Positions 52,763-64,000 of a stretch of DNA of 64,000 bases are shown piece after piece. Below the pieces are notes generated by a model. That model was not told the origin of the DNA. It made no database searches and saw nothing but the letters and a program-made list of their open reading frames with translations. Origin of the DNA: Okamejei kenojei (Eukaryota). The DNA lies in assembly GCA_035221665.1 (NCBI GenBank), contig CM069166.1, forward strand, positions 3,906,001-3,970,000, in the 5' to 3' direction. A program made the translations under genes and the position numbers. The number at the start of each line of letters is the position of its first letter. The first letter of the stretch is position 1.

Positions 52763-54499
52763 TTCTTCCCAGTGTTCAAGTAAAGGAAGTTTCTGTTTAG
52801 CGAGTGTTGAATATAGAATAAACAGTTTGACAATGGAGAAGTTATCATAAGTGTTTTTGCAAGGGAGAGCTCCTTTTGTTTTTAAGATAGGCACAAAATG
52901 CTGGAGTAACCCAGCAGGACAGGCATCATTTCTGGATAGAAGGAATGGGTGACGTTTTGGGTCGAGACCCTTCTTCACACTGAAAGTCAGTGGAGAGGGA
53001 ATCAGAAATGGAGGGGAAAGTTATGAAAACTAAAGATCAAAAGGGATAAGGTTCATGGAAAATGTAGATCATTGTTAGCTAGGGGAAAGTGACAACGAGA
53101 CATACAATGTAAAATTTAATCAAGAGGACAGTCAAACTGGGATAGCCACTTTCTGGAAGGAATCGTGGTCGGAGAACTAGGATGGGGGTGGGGTGGAGAG
53201 AGAGGGAAAGCAAGGGTTACTTGAAGTTAGAGAAGTCAATATTCATACTTCTGGGCTGTAAGCTACCCAAGCAAAATATGAGGTGCTGTTCTTCCAATTT
53301 GCGTTGGGCCTCACTCTTTGTTGCTTGCTGTTGGACTGTGTCATGTTGACCATAGCCAGTGTTTCTGAAACAAACAATTAGATATTAGCTGCTCGGATGA
53401 GTTTTTTTTCTAAAATTAAATTGTCCACGATGGAACCGAGAGAACTACAATCAGTTTTCGACGCATATGCTATATTGGAAGAGGATATTGTGGTTAGCTG
53501 TGACAAAGACTTGTTTCAATCTTTGCCACAGTCTGACCGAACATCATTAGTGGCTTTGGTGAAAGGCTTTGCGATACTGTAAAGGCCCCAAAATCCAAAA
53601 GTTTAGGTTTAGTTTAGTTTAAATTAGTTGGAAGCTCCTCAAACTGCAGAGCATTTTGGACAATACAGCTCACTTCCTCCATGACATATCTTGGGATAGT
53701 GAACAGCTATGGTCGCTAACAGCAGATAATAGTGTTTTGTGTGTTCACGACAGTAACTAAAACAAAGGTTTGCCCTTTCAATCTGCTTTGTTTGCTCTGG
53801 CAGCATAGTCACGAGGGCTGTGCCAGGACTAGAAACAGTGAAGGGCAATCAGGAAGTCACAGTTGGAGGTGAAGTTTTACTGACTCATTTCCTCTGAAAT
53901 ATTGTAATGTTATTCTACTCTCTGCTTACAAACACAAACTGAAGCGGAAGATAGACACAAAATGCTGGAGTCTCAGCGGGACAGGCAGCATCTCTGGAGA
54001 GAAGGAATGGGTGACATTTCTGGTTGAGACCCTTCTTCAGACTCATCCAGCATCTGCAGTTCCTTCCTACTGAAGCGGAATGATTACTTCCAGAAAGTGG
54101 CTATCCTAGATTAATATGCCATTGCTGTCACAGAATTCACAGAAAGAGCGTAGAGGACTGTGTACCAAAGGAGATGATATGTGTGTTCCCTGTGGATGAA
54201 CCATGAAGGCTAATCCCAGGTGATGTCCAAGTCTTCAGCATTTGTCAAACGATCTAAAGCGTTGAAGGCACTGCAGATGCTGAAAAAAATTGAAGGTGGA
54301 TAAAAATGATGGAGAAACTCAGTGTGTGAGGCAGCATCTATGGAGCGAAGGAATAGGTGACGTTTCGGGTCTGAAGAAGGGTCTCGACACGAAACGTCAC
54401 CTATTCCTTCGCTCAATAGATGCTGCCTCACCCGCTGAGTTTCTCCAGCATTTTTATCTACCTTCAAGTGGTTCAAGAAACCTATCTATGACTTTTGCA

Positions 54500-54830
54500 G
54501 AGCCTGGATAGTGTGGATGTGGAGAGGATGTTTCCACTAGTGGGAGAAGTTTGGGATTAGGATCAGAGGCCATAGCCTCAGAATAAAAGGACGTACCTTT
54601 AAAAAGGTGATAAGGAAGTATTTCTTCAGTCAGAGGATGGTGAAACTGTGGAATTCATTACTGTGGAGGGTAATATTTTTAAGGAGGAGAATAACAGATT
54701 CTCAATTCATACGGGTGTCAGGGGTTATGGGGAGAAGGCAGGAGAATGGAGTTGAGAGGGAGATAGATCAGCAAAGATTAATTGGCGGAGTAGACTTGAT
54801 GGGTCTAATTCTGTCTATGAAGGTATGAAC
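54500..54830 (+). mobile_element. CR1 LINE 3' fragment
   Basis: FFSQRMVKLWNSL plus the CR1 3' UTR. Confidence 0.7.
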
Positions 54831-55189
54831 TATGATGGGGAACAGCGGGTGGGGGGAGGGGAGTAGGTTGTTACTGTGACGGGAGACTGGGTAGGGAGGG
54901 GGTTACAGTGATGGGAATGTGGGAGGTTTACTATGATGAGAGGCAGGAGTAGAGGGGTGGGGGGGGGGGGGGTACTGTGAAGGAAGGAACTGCAGATGCT
55001 GATTTACTGTGATGGGAATGTAGGCGAGGGAGAGAGGTGGGGAGTAACACCATTGCGCTTATTATCAGAGCTCAGATCCAGTGTGAATCTTCCACTGGTG
55101 TTAAGGTCAGTCTGCAGCAAATATCCTGTACATTCCTCTCGCCAGTGGTCATCGCTCTGCACATATGGGCGTGTTTACCTCACGATTGT

Positions 55190-55600
55190 CACCGGACTTT
55201 CCCCAAGTCCGTCTCTGTGATGCTTGTTCGCAGCGGCGAGCCGAGGGGAGGTTTTTTTTTTGAACTGTGGGACTTTCTCAGCATTTAGTTTCGGAATTGT
55301 TTCCGGGAAATCAGAGCGACTGTTTGCATTAATAGCGAGTGTGTGGGCTGCGGGAGCGGGAGCTGCGCTCATTTGGACGGGCGGGGACCGGAGAGGCAGC
55401 GGGCGCCGAGGGTCGCGGTCATGGTCTCCGCACTCACTGCAAGCGGGAGATACCTTCACCTCGTCTTGTTCCTATTCGCGTTCACAAGTTAGTACAATCC
55501 TCACATCAAACGCGTTTCTCCCATGGCGTGTACCGTTTTTTATTTCCAGGCCGAGCTATTAAGCGGAGCTCGATAACCAGCGGGGGGATTTCCTGTCATT
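55190..55600 (+). promoter_or_regulatory. Gene B promoter and first-intron module: GAS/STAT palindrome, NF-kB sites, GC box
   Basis: TTTCCGGGAAA at 55300-55310. kB-like GGACTTTCCCC at 55194-55204 and GGGACTTTCT at 55269-55278. GC box GGGCGGGG at 55379-55386. Perfect kB site GGGGATTTCC at 55584-55593 in intron 1. Local CpG enrichment. Confidence 0.75.
55421..55487 (+). CDS. Gene B exon 1, signal peptide (MVSALTASGRYLHLVLFLFAFT)
   Basis: Kozak-like gtcATGG, 22 codons plus 1 nt, donor CAA|GTTAGT, in a CpG-rich promoter context. Confidence 0.8.
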
Positions 55601-58600
55601 TATTAATGTCCAAACGAAAAGCAGACGATTGCTTGTTTTTGGCGGAGTGAAGCAGCGGCGCGGTGGGACAGGGCGCTGCCTGGACGCCGACAACACGCCA
55701 TTACCGGCACCGGTGCAGCGAGTGTGTGCGCGTATGTGTGTGAGCGAGTGAGTGTGAGCGTGTGTGTGCGTGAGAATGTGGGAGCGAGTGTGCATGTGCG
55801 TGCGTGAGCGTGTGGAGTGTGTGTGTGTGTCTATGGGGGTGAGTGTGAATGCGTATGAGTGTGTGTGAGTGGATGTGTGTGTGTGTGAGCGAGTGTGTGC
55901 GTCTGCGTGTTCGTTTGTATAAGTGTGTGGATGTGTGAAAGAGAGTGAGTGTGAATGTTCGTGTGAAAGTAATTGTGTGAGTGTGAGAGTAATTGTGTGA
56001 GTGTGTGTGTGAGTGTGAGAGTAATTGTGTGTGTGAGAGTAATTGTGTGTGTGTGTGTGTTAGAGTAATTGTGTGTGTGTGAGTGTGTGTGGATGTGTGT
56101 GTGAGTGAGTGTGAGAGTAATTGTGTGTGTGTGAGTGTGAGAGTAATTGTGTGAGTGTGTGTGTGAGTGCGAGAGTAATTGTGTGTGTGTGAGTGTGAGA
56201 GTAATTGTGTGTGTGTGTGTGTGAGTGTGAGAGTAATGTGTGTGAGTGTGTGTGTGAGTGTGAGAGTAATTGTTTGAGTGTGTGTGTGAGTGTGAGAGTA
56301 ATTGTGTGTGTGAGTGTGAGAGTAATTGTATGTGTGAGTGTGAGAGTAATTGTGTGTGTGTGAGTGTGAGAGTAATTGTGTGTGNNNNNNNNNNNNNNNN
56401 NNNNNNNNNNNNNNNNNNNNNNNNNNNNNNNNNNNNNNNNNNNNNNNNNNNNNNNNNNNNNNNNNNNNNNNNNNNNNNNNNNNNNNNNNNNNNNNNNNNN
56501 NNNNNNNNNNNNNACCTGTGGACCGGGGCTGTGTGGCTCCAACCTGCAGCCTCTGGGCCGCCGGGCAGTGAGCGTCGCGGACGGGGGGAGGTCTCGTCTC
56601 CTGTCTCGGCAGGGTTGGCCTGTTCCATGTGGGAGTTGTGACCCGCTGCTCCGGTGGGTCAGAAACATCACCGGCTTTCACCTGGAAGGGTTTGAACATG
56701 TTTTTCAGAGGATTTAAATGTGATTCTCTTGTGATTTAAATGTTTGCCTGGAATGCATTTTGCCTGAAGGGTCCCGCCTGTCCGTTCCTTCCACACACAC
56801 TGCCTGAGCCGCTGAATTAACAATGGCCTGTTTCCTTTATCATTGTTACTTTTTTTGCATATCTTTCATTCATTTGTTCTATATCTCTCCTTTCCCTTTC
56901 TCCTGACTCTGTCTGCAGAAGGGTCTCGACCCGAAACGTCACCTATTCCTTTTCTCAAGAGATGCTGCCTGACTTGCTGGGTAACTCCAGCATTTTGTGT
57001 CTATCTTTAAAAAAATAGCATGTACAATGGTGATATGGAGCCCAATCACTTGAACATTTCTCCATTGTCAATCTGTTTATTCTACTGTATATTCAGCACT
57101 TGCTAAACAGAAACATCCTTTACTTGAACACTGGGAAAAGTTAAGAATCACCTCAGTCTCTAACACCGACTCCCATTTCCTGGAGTTATATAATTCCTAG
57201 GAAAAAAAAAGTTTTACAATTCAATTCAATAAACTTTATTTATTCGTTAGGAACTTAATTTGTGCAGAACATCAGTGCGTGTACAGTTCACATACCCAGC
57301 AACACAACACAATACACCACACACATCACATACCAGCAGTCCAACAGTGGTCAGTAGGTAAAACTTGCAAAGCACAATACACGAAGAATAGGCAATAAAA
57401 ACATTAAAATAATGTTAAAAATGTATATATAGACAAATGAATAAATAAATAGATCAACTATTCATGAATCTAATGGATGTAGGCACAAAACTCGACGTGG
57501 CTCTCTAAGTCTGAATGTGAGTGACCTGTATCTCTGGCCTGAGGGTAGAAGACTGTTTTGACTGTGCAGTGAGTGAGTGGTGTCTGAGGCTATTTTTGTT
57601 CCTTTTAGCTTTGTCCTTCTATTGGAAATACTGATCGGTGGTTCCTGCTCCAGTCCGATTATTTTACTGCTCATTGATATGAATTTGTTTAGTGGGTTGC
57701 GATGGATGTTGGATAGTGACCCAAACCAGGCTGACATATTGAAGGTTATTACTGATTCAATGAAACGTTTGTAAAAAGCTGTCAGGACTGACTGGTGAAC
57801 CTGAAGTCTGCGGAGTTTCCTCAGGAAAAAGAGGCGCTGCTGACACTTAGAAAAGATAGTTTCACTGTTTAGTTGGAAGGTGAGTTTATGATCAATTATT
57901 GTCCCAAGGTGCCTGTATGACTCGACCCTTTCTATTGGCTGGTTGTTGACTAACATAGAAAATAGGTGCAGGAGTAGGCCATTCGGCCCTTTGAGCCTGC
58001 ACCGCCATTCAATATGATCATGGCTGATCATCCAACTCAGTATCCTGTACCTGCCTTCTCTCCATACCCCCTGATCCCTTTAGCCACAAGGGCCACCTCT
58101 AACTCCCTCTTAAATATAGCCAATGAACTGGCCTCATTTAACGTATGTTACTGGTTCGTGAGTAATTTGAAATGACTTTTAGATCAAGAAATTACCTTGA
58201 TTTTGCCCTTTGTTTAAATGGATTTTGTATCTCTGTACTTATTGTCATGTTTTGTTTTTCTCTGACAGCTAAAGGGAATGGATTTGAGGTTGAAATAAAC
58301 ATAGACACTCCAGCTGTGAAAATCGGGGGCTCTTTGAATGTGACCTGCAGAACCACATGTTTAAATCCTACTATAGATATGGAACTAAAATCAGGGCTAA
58401 ATATACACTGCCTTCAAGTTAACAACTCAAACACATGCCAATTCCCAATTGGGGAGAAGTGGGATTTACCAGTGGTTTGCATTGTAACATGCAAATCTGA
58501 AAACAATACTCAGAAGGATGTCAAAAAAGAGATCACTGTGTACAGTAAGTGTAATTTCTTATTCTAACCGGTATAGGAGAGTTGGGCCAAAGGGCCTGTT

Positions 58601-61600
58601 TCCACTCTGTATCACTCTATAACATTTGATAGCAGAATAATACGCAGAACCGGACAGCACATTGGCGCAGCAGAAGAGTCGCTGCCTTACAGCGCCAGAG
58701 ACATGGATTCGATCCTAACTACGGGTACTGTCCGTAAGGAGTTTGCACGTTCTCCCCATAACCTGCATGGGTTTTCTCCGGGTGCCCCGGTTTCCTCCCA
58801 CACTCCAGGTTTGTAGGTTAATTGGCTTTGGTAAAACTGTAAATTATCCCCAGTGTGTGTAGGATAGTGCCAGTGTGCAGGGATCACTGAAGAGCCTGTT
58901 TCCCTAAACTAAACTAAACAAAAAGCCTTGAAAACTTGTGATCATAGTGTATAGTAAGTGAAAACTCCCATTCTAAAATGATAATTAATTAGTTACACAG
59001 GTGACATTGCAGAATATCATGTATAGTCTTTCTGCTGACTAGTCAGCACACAACAAAAGGTTCTCTCTGTACTTTGCTACACGTGACAATAAACTAAACT
59101 CACACTCTGAATGTGTAGGAAGGAACTGCAGATGCTAGTTTAAACCGAAGATAGACACAAAATGCTGGAGTAACTCAGCAGAACAGGCAGCATCTCCGCA
59201 GAGAAGGAATGGGTGATGTTTCAGGTTGAGTCCCTTCTTCAGACTGATGTCAGGGGAGAGAGAGGTACATAGATAAGGAAGTGAAAGGTGAAAACAGGAC
59301 AAAGGGAATGCAGACCAAGGAAAATGTAGAATAAATAATGTAGAATGTAATGTAGAATATATGGGTTAATTGGCCTCTGTAAATTGCAATTATTGTGTAG
59401 GGAGTGGATGAGAAAGTGGGATGACATAGAACTAGTATGAACGGGTAATTGATGGTCGGTGTGGTGTCAGTAAGCTGAAGGGCGTGTTTCCATGCTGCAT
59501 CTCTGAATTAAACTAAATATGAAATACTAGAAACACTCAGCAGTCCAACCAGCATCTGTGGGGAGAGAACATCTAAGTTCTTGCTTACAATTTAGTTTTG
59601 TTTAATTTAGTTTAGAATTACAGTGCGGAAACAGGCCCTTCGGCCTACCAAGTACGCAAGGACCAGCGATCCCTGCACACTAACACTAATCTATACACAC
59701 TCGGGAAAATTTACACTAATACCAAGCCAATTAACCTACAAACCTGTACCGCTTTGGAATGTGGGAGGAAACCAAAGATATCGGAGAAAACCAATGTGGT
59801 CATGGGGAGAACTTACAAACTCCGTACAGACAGCACCCGTAGTCTACATCAAACCAGGGTATCAGGCAGCAACTCTACCACTGCGCCACTGTGCCACCCT
59901 AAATATTGAAGAATATATGTACATTCCTGCTGTGTGTATATCACTTGAACAATCAGTGAATATGAGATGAGGTGGGACAAATACTAGTCAGGTTCATTAT
60001 TTCAGTGAATTTTATTAACATGATTCTCCTTCAACAGATCAAGATCTCGTCATTGCACCACATCCAGAAGTGATGGAAATTAACAAAACATATCAGCTGC
60101 ATTGTACCGGTCCAAGAGTGTATCCAAACACCAAGCTCCATCTCAAGTGGCTCAGAGGGAACAAAGTTGTTAAGTCAGTTAAATCAACGGATTCAAGAAA
60201 GCTTCCAGATGATGTGACTCCGTTGGTCAATATCCTCGATCTCATTGCAAGCAAGACTGATGATGGACAAGTGTACACATGCTTGGCAGAGCTGGACTTG
60301 GACACAAACACCACGAAAGTAATCAAATCCTCCTCCGTGACTCTGCAAACCTACTGTGAGTTCCACTTGAACAATAATTGCTCTCCTCTGCTCAAGACTA
60401 AGCTGAAATAAACTGGTAGTCACATTTTGTAAAGTTTAGTTTAGAGATACAGCGTGGAAACAGGCCATTTGGCCCACCGAGTCCGTGCCAACCAGCGATC
60501 CCCCCACACCAACATTATCCTACACACTATGGACAATTTATAATTGTGAGTCGCCAATTAGCTATAAAATGTGCATGTCTTTGAAGTGTGGGAGGAAGCC
60601 AGAGCACCTGCATAAAACCCACAGGTCACGGGGAGAATGTACAAACTCAGTACAGATAGCACCGTTAGTCAGGATTGATGCCTGGTCTCTTGTGCTGTAA
60701 GGCAGTAACTCTACCCCTGCGCCACCGTGCTGTCTGCTGATACATTTACAAGCAAGCCACAGACACTAAACCAGAAGGGATGATTTATCCTCAGAACAAG
60801 CACTTTAAGTCCAGTTCACCCTGTCTGCAACTGCAAATCTGCAGAACACGTTAACACAATGTGTGTTTCTGCTTGGTTTAGTTTAGTTTAGTTTAGGGAT
60901 ACAGCGTGGAGACAGGCCCTTCAGCCCACCGTGTCCGCGCTGACCAGCGATCCCCGCACACTAACACTATCCTACTCACTGGGGTAGATTTACAAATTTT
61001 ACCAAGCCAATTAACTTACAACCCTGCACATCTTTGGAGTGTGGCAGGAAAACGGAGCTCCTGGAGAAAACTCACGTAGATCATGGGGAGAACGTACAAA
61101 CTATGTACAAACCGCACGCATAGTCAGGATCGAACCCGGGTCTCAGGTGCTGTAAGGCAGCAACTCTACCGCTGCGCCAATCAACCTCCCCCCCCCTCCT
61201 CATTACAACTTCTAGAGTGCTCCGGGGATTACTTTTTAGAACAGTTACTGAACCTATCTGGGAGCAGTAGAAACAAGGAACTGCAGATGCTGGTTTATAC
61301 AAAGTGCCAGAGTATCTCAGCGGGCCAGGTAGCATCTCTGGAGATCATGGAAGGGGTCGTGAAAGATCACCTAAACGTGTTCTCCAGAAAGGCTGCCTGA
61401 CCCGTTGAGTTACTCCAGAACTTTGTGTCGTGCTATGTCAGTGAGTGGCTGGAGCTCAAAGCAGAGTTAGATCCTCGGGATGCCAGAAGCATAGGAGGAG
61501 TCTATTTAAATAACAAATTTGTGTGGCACGGTGGCGCAGCGGTAGAGCAACTGCCTTGCAGCGCCCGAGACACGAGTTAGATCCTGACTAATGGTGCTGA

Positions 61601-62250
61601 CTGTATGGAGTTTGCACGTTCTCCCCGTGACCTGCGTGGATTTCATCAGGGATCTCCGGTTTCCTCCCACACTCCAAAGCCGTACAGGTTTATCGGTTAA
61701 TTGGCTCGGTATAATTGTAATTGTCCCTAGTGTGTATAGGATAGTGTTAGTCCGCTGGTTGGTGCGGACCCGGTAGGCCAAAGGGCCTGTTTCTGCGTTG
61801 TATCTCTGAACTAAACTAAATTACGGGACATCCAGATTCTGACTTGGGTGTGGTGAACTCCTGTTTGTGCGTTCAATGCAATGCCAGTATTGGTCTGCCT
61901 TCCATTAGTTCCATTGTCCACAGAAACCTAATATGCAGTGAATTCCTTGTGTGTCATTACAGTTTTACCAGAGCCTAGAATCCTCAACAGAAAGCCCATT
62001 GTAGTGAATGAGGAGGTGACGTTGGAATGTGAGGTCCATAATGTCTATCCAGCTGAGAACTTGACTGTAACATGGTTTCACAATGGTGAAGAACTGAAGT
62101 CAGTTACAAAGACGTCAGCGTCCCACGATATCTGGGCAACAACATGGACACCACAAGACACGGGATTGACTGAACTTGCCTGCAGAGCAGATTTTGAGGA
62201 TTATCCATTAAATCTAACAAGGAGTGACAACATTTCCATTGAGGTGTACG
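55421..62250 (+). CDS. Gene B (partial, continues beyond window): ICAM-1-like Ig-superfamily adhesion molecule, paralog of gene A
   Basis: join(55421..55487,58269..58544,60038..60355,61963..62250,...). All introns are GT-AG phase 1 and the frame is open. D2 is clearly homologous to gene A D2. No TM exon was found inside the window. Confidence 0.88.
55720..56384. repeat. TG-rich compound micro/minisatellite (GTGTGAGAGTAATT units) in gene B intron 1
   Basis: Seen directly. It runs into the assembly gap. Confidence 0.95.
56385..56513. other. Assembly gap (129 N)
   Basis: Run of N. Confidence 1.
57220..57950 (-). mobile_element. Rex/L2-like LINE 3' fragment
   Basis: ORF 57462..58031 IERVESYRHLGTIID.KLTF.......KCQQRLFFLRKLR...LLPSG.RYR, with a (TTGAA)n tail. 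Confidence 0.75.
58269..58544 (+). CDS. Gene B exon 2, ICAM-type Ig D1
   Basis: Acceptor ttttctctgacag|, donor |gtaagt, 276 nt. GGSLNVTCRTTC...IDMELK...VVCIVTC...ITVY. Confidence 0.92.
59590..59900 (-). mobile_element. V-SINE/HE1-like SINE
   Basis: Same consensus. Further copies lie at about 20568-20940, 22690-22920, 38925-39240, 41360-41580, 51157-51350, 58659-58920, 60433-60735, 60878-61180 and 63820-64000. Confidence 0.75.
60038..60355 (+). CDS. Gene B exon 3, Ig D2
   Basis: Acceptor ttctccttcaacag|, donor |gtgagt, 318 nt. YQLHCTGPRVYP...KWLRG...DDGQVYTCLAE...SVTLQTY. Confidence 0.92.
61524..61820 (+). mobile_element. V-SINE/HE1-like SINE, near full length
   Basis: tRNA-like head, central conserved domain and (TAAAC)n tail. 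Confidence 0.8.
61963..62250 (+). CDS. Gene B exon 4, Ig D3 (no counterpart in gene A)
   Basis: Acceptor cattacag|, donor |gtaagc, 288 nt. VTLECEVHNVYPAENLTVTWFHNGEE...LACRADF...IEVY. Confidence 0.9.
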
Positions 62251-63021
62251 GTAAGCATGCTGGATAACCGGAGATTATGATTGATATCATAGAGTCATAG
62301 TCATACAGCGTGGAAACAAGCCCTTCGACCCAACTTGCCCCCACCGGCTACACTAGTCCCACCTGCTTGCATTTGGCCCATATCCCTCTAAACCTGTCCT
62401 ATCCATGTAACTGTGTAACTAGTTTCTTAAACGTTGGGATAGTCCCTGCCTCAGCTACCTCCTCAGGAAGCTGTTAAAGATCCCTATCTACCTGTGGGCA
62501 CTCATTGCATGGGGACATTTTGTACAGGAGAGTCACAAAACTTTAATCGGTCCGCACAGAAACCACAGTAATTAAGGGGAAAAAAGGCAACATGATGTCA
62601 CCTAGATGGTGTTATTCACCCACATTCTTACTAATGGAAGATAGACACAAAATGCTGGAGTAACTCAGCAGGACAGGCCACATCTCTGGATAAAAGGAAT
62701 GGGTGGTGTTTAGGGTCGAGACCCTTCTTCATTCAAGAGCTGCCTCAATGGAGCATGTGACTGAGCCCTGCTCTTATTTCGTCTGTTTTTAATATACACC
62801 TCGTTACAGAGGCAGCTACCAGCAACTGAATTTATCCAAGATAAAAACTGAATGTAGATGCATAACATTTACATCAGGGAGAAATATTGTAGTACCTTCC
62901 CTACGCCCAGGAATTAAATCAGTGGACTATTTACCATTGTTTTGAAAGCAAAGAGTTCCCTGCAGTGACGTAGAAGCCTCTGGCTTGTTACCGGCCAGGA
63001 TGGAGATGCTAAACACTATAA

Positions 63022-63553
63022 ATCCCCTTCCCATTCCCACACCAACCTTTCTGTCCTGGGCCTCCACCATTGTCATAGTGAGGCCCAACACAAATTGGAG
63101 GAACAGCTCCTCATATTTGGCTTGGGCAGCTTACACCCCAGTGGTATGAACATTGACTTCTCTAACTTCAAGTAACCCTTGCTCTCCCTCTCTCTCCATC
63201 CCTCCCCCTTCCCAGTTCTCCGACCAGTCTCCCCGATTACATTTTGTCTCTGTTTGCTTTGTGGTCACCTTCTCCTATTCTACATTCTGATCGATTCTAC
63301 ATTTTTCTTGATCCTCATCTTGTCTCATGTCAAGATATTGTCCTGACCTCACCTATTATATTGTCTCGGGTCTCAGTTTGACACCTTCCTTATCACTGTA
63401 TCTCCCTCTCCCCTGACCTTCAGTTTGAAAAAGGGTCTCGACCCGAAATGTCTCCTATTCCTTCTCTCCAGAGATGCTGCCTGTCCTGCTGAGTTACTCC
63501 AGCATTCTGTGCTTATCTCCGGTATGAACCAGCATCTGCAGTTCCTTCCTGCA
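63022..63553 (+). mobile_element. Penelope-like element 3' fragment plus pLTR
   Basis: KLEEQLLIF.LGSLHPSGMNIDFSNF end followed by pLTR. Similar fragments lie at 31800-32220 (+) and 52885-53315 (-). Confidence 0.75.
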
Positions 63554-64000
63554 CCTGGTGTTCAATGGGAGTTTTGCCAGTGTTGCCCAAACATTGAGGA
63601 CATTGCAAATTCCACTCATCAGGATGCGTTCAACCAACATGTCACTAGGTTTCATGAGATTGGTATAGGGGGTGAATGATGCCGGGAATAATGGGGTGAC
63701 GTTTGGTGATTGCCTCCGATCCTTGTCCAACTACAGTTGGATGTAGAGCCATAGATGGTCTTCTGAGTTGCATTCGCCACATTAGTCCAGTCATGTAGAG
63801 CGGCTGCATCATTCATTCAGTTTAGTTTAGTGATACAGCGCGGAAACAGACACTTCGGCCCACCGAGTCCATGCTGACCAGCAATCCCGCACACTAACAT
63901 TACTATCCTACACACACTGGGGACAATTTACAATCTCTACCAAAGCCAGTTAACCTACAAACCTGTACGTCTTTGGAATGTGGGAGGAAACTGGAGCACC

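Noticed and set aside
55701-56717. Long His/Thr-rich and Cys/Val-rich ORFs (up to 332 aa)
   Set aside because: These are translations of the TG microsatellite read through the N gap.
14122-62250. Assigning the symbols ICAM1, ICAM2 or VCAM1
   Set aside because: Family membership is clear, but one-to-one orthology cannot be established without phylogeny and synteny. D1 lacks the VCAM IDSP motif.

Overview
Repeat-rich vertebrate genomic DNA, most likely a cartilaginous fish (skate/ray/shark), inferred from the V-SINE/HE1-like, CR1 and Penelope repeat content. The host content is two tandem, + strand, ICAM-family immunoglobulin adhesion genes, reconstructed here from splice sites and phase-1 introns. 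Gene A is complete: join 14122..14188,16652..16906,22000..22314,22961..23239,24910..25073, 359 aa, with signal peptide, 3 Ig domains, TM and an ICAM-1-like basic/Tyr tail. Gene B is 5'-complete and runs off the window: 55421..55487,58269..58544,60038..60355,61963..62250. Its promoter carries the exact TTTCCGGGAAA interferon-gamma response palindrome of the human ICAM1 promoter, plus NF-kB sites and a GC box. The rest is mostly decayed mobile DNA: two DIRS tyrosine-recombinase retrotransposons (each hosting an L1/Tx1-like LINE), Penelope-like GIY-YIG elements and many short fold-back derivatives carrying a minimal hammerhead-ribozyme core, CR1 and Rex1/Babar LINE fragments, V-SINEs, a Harbinger MITE, tandem repeats and a 129-N gap. 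All family assignments come from motif recognition by eye, not database searches, and repeat boundaries are approximate.
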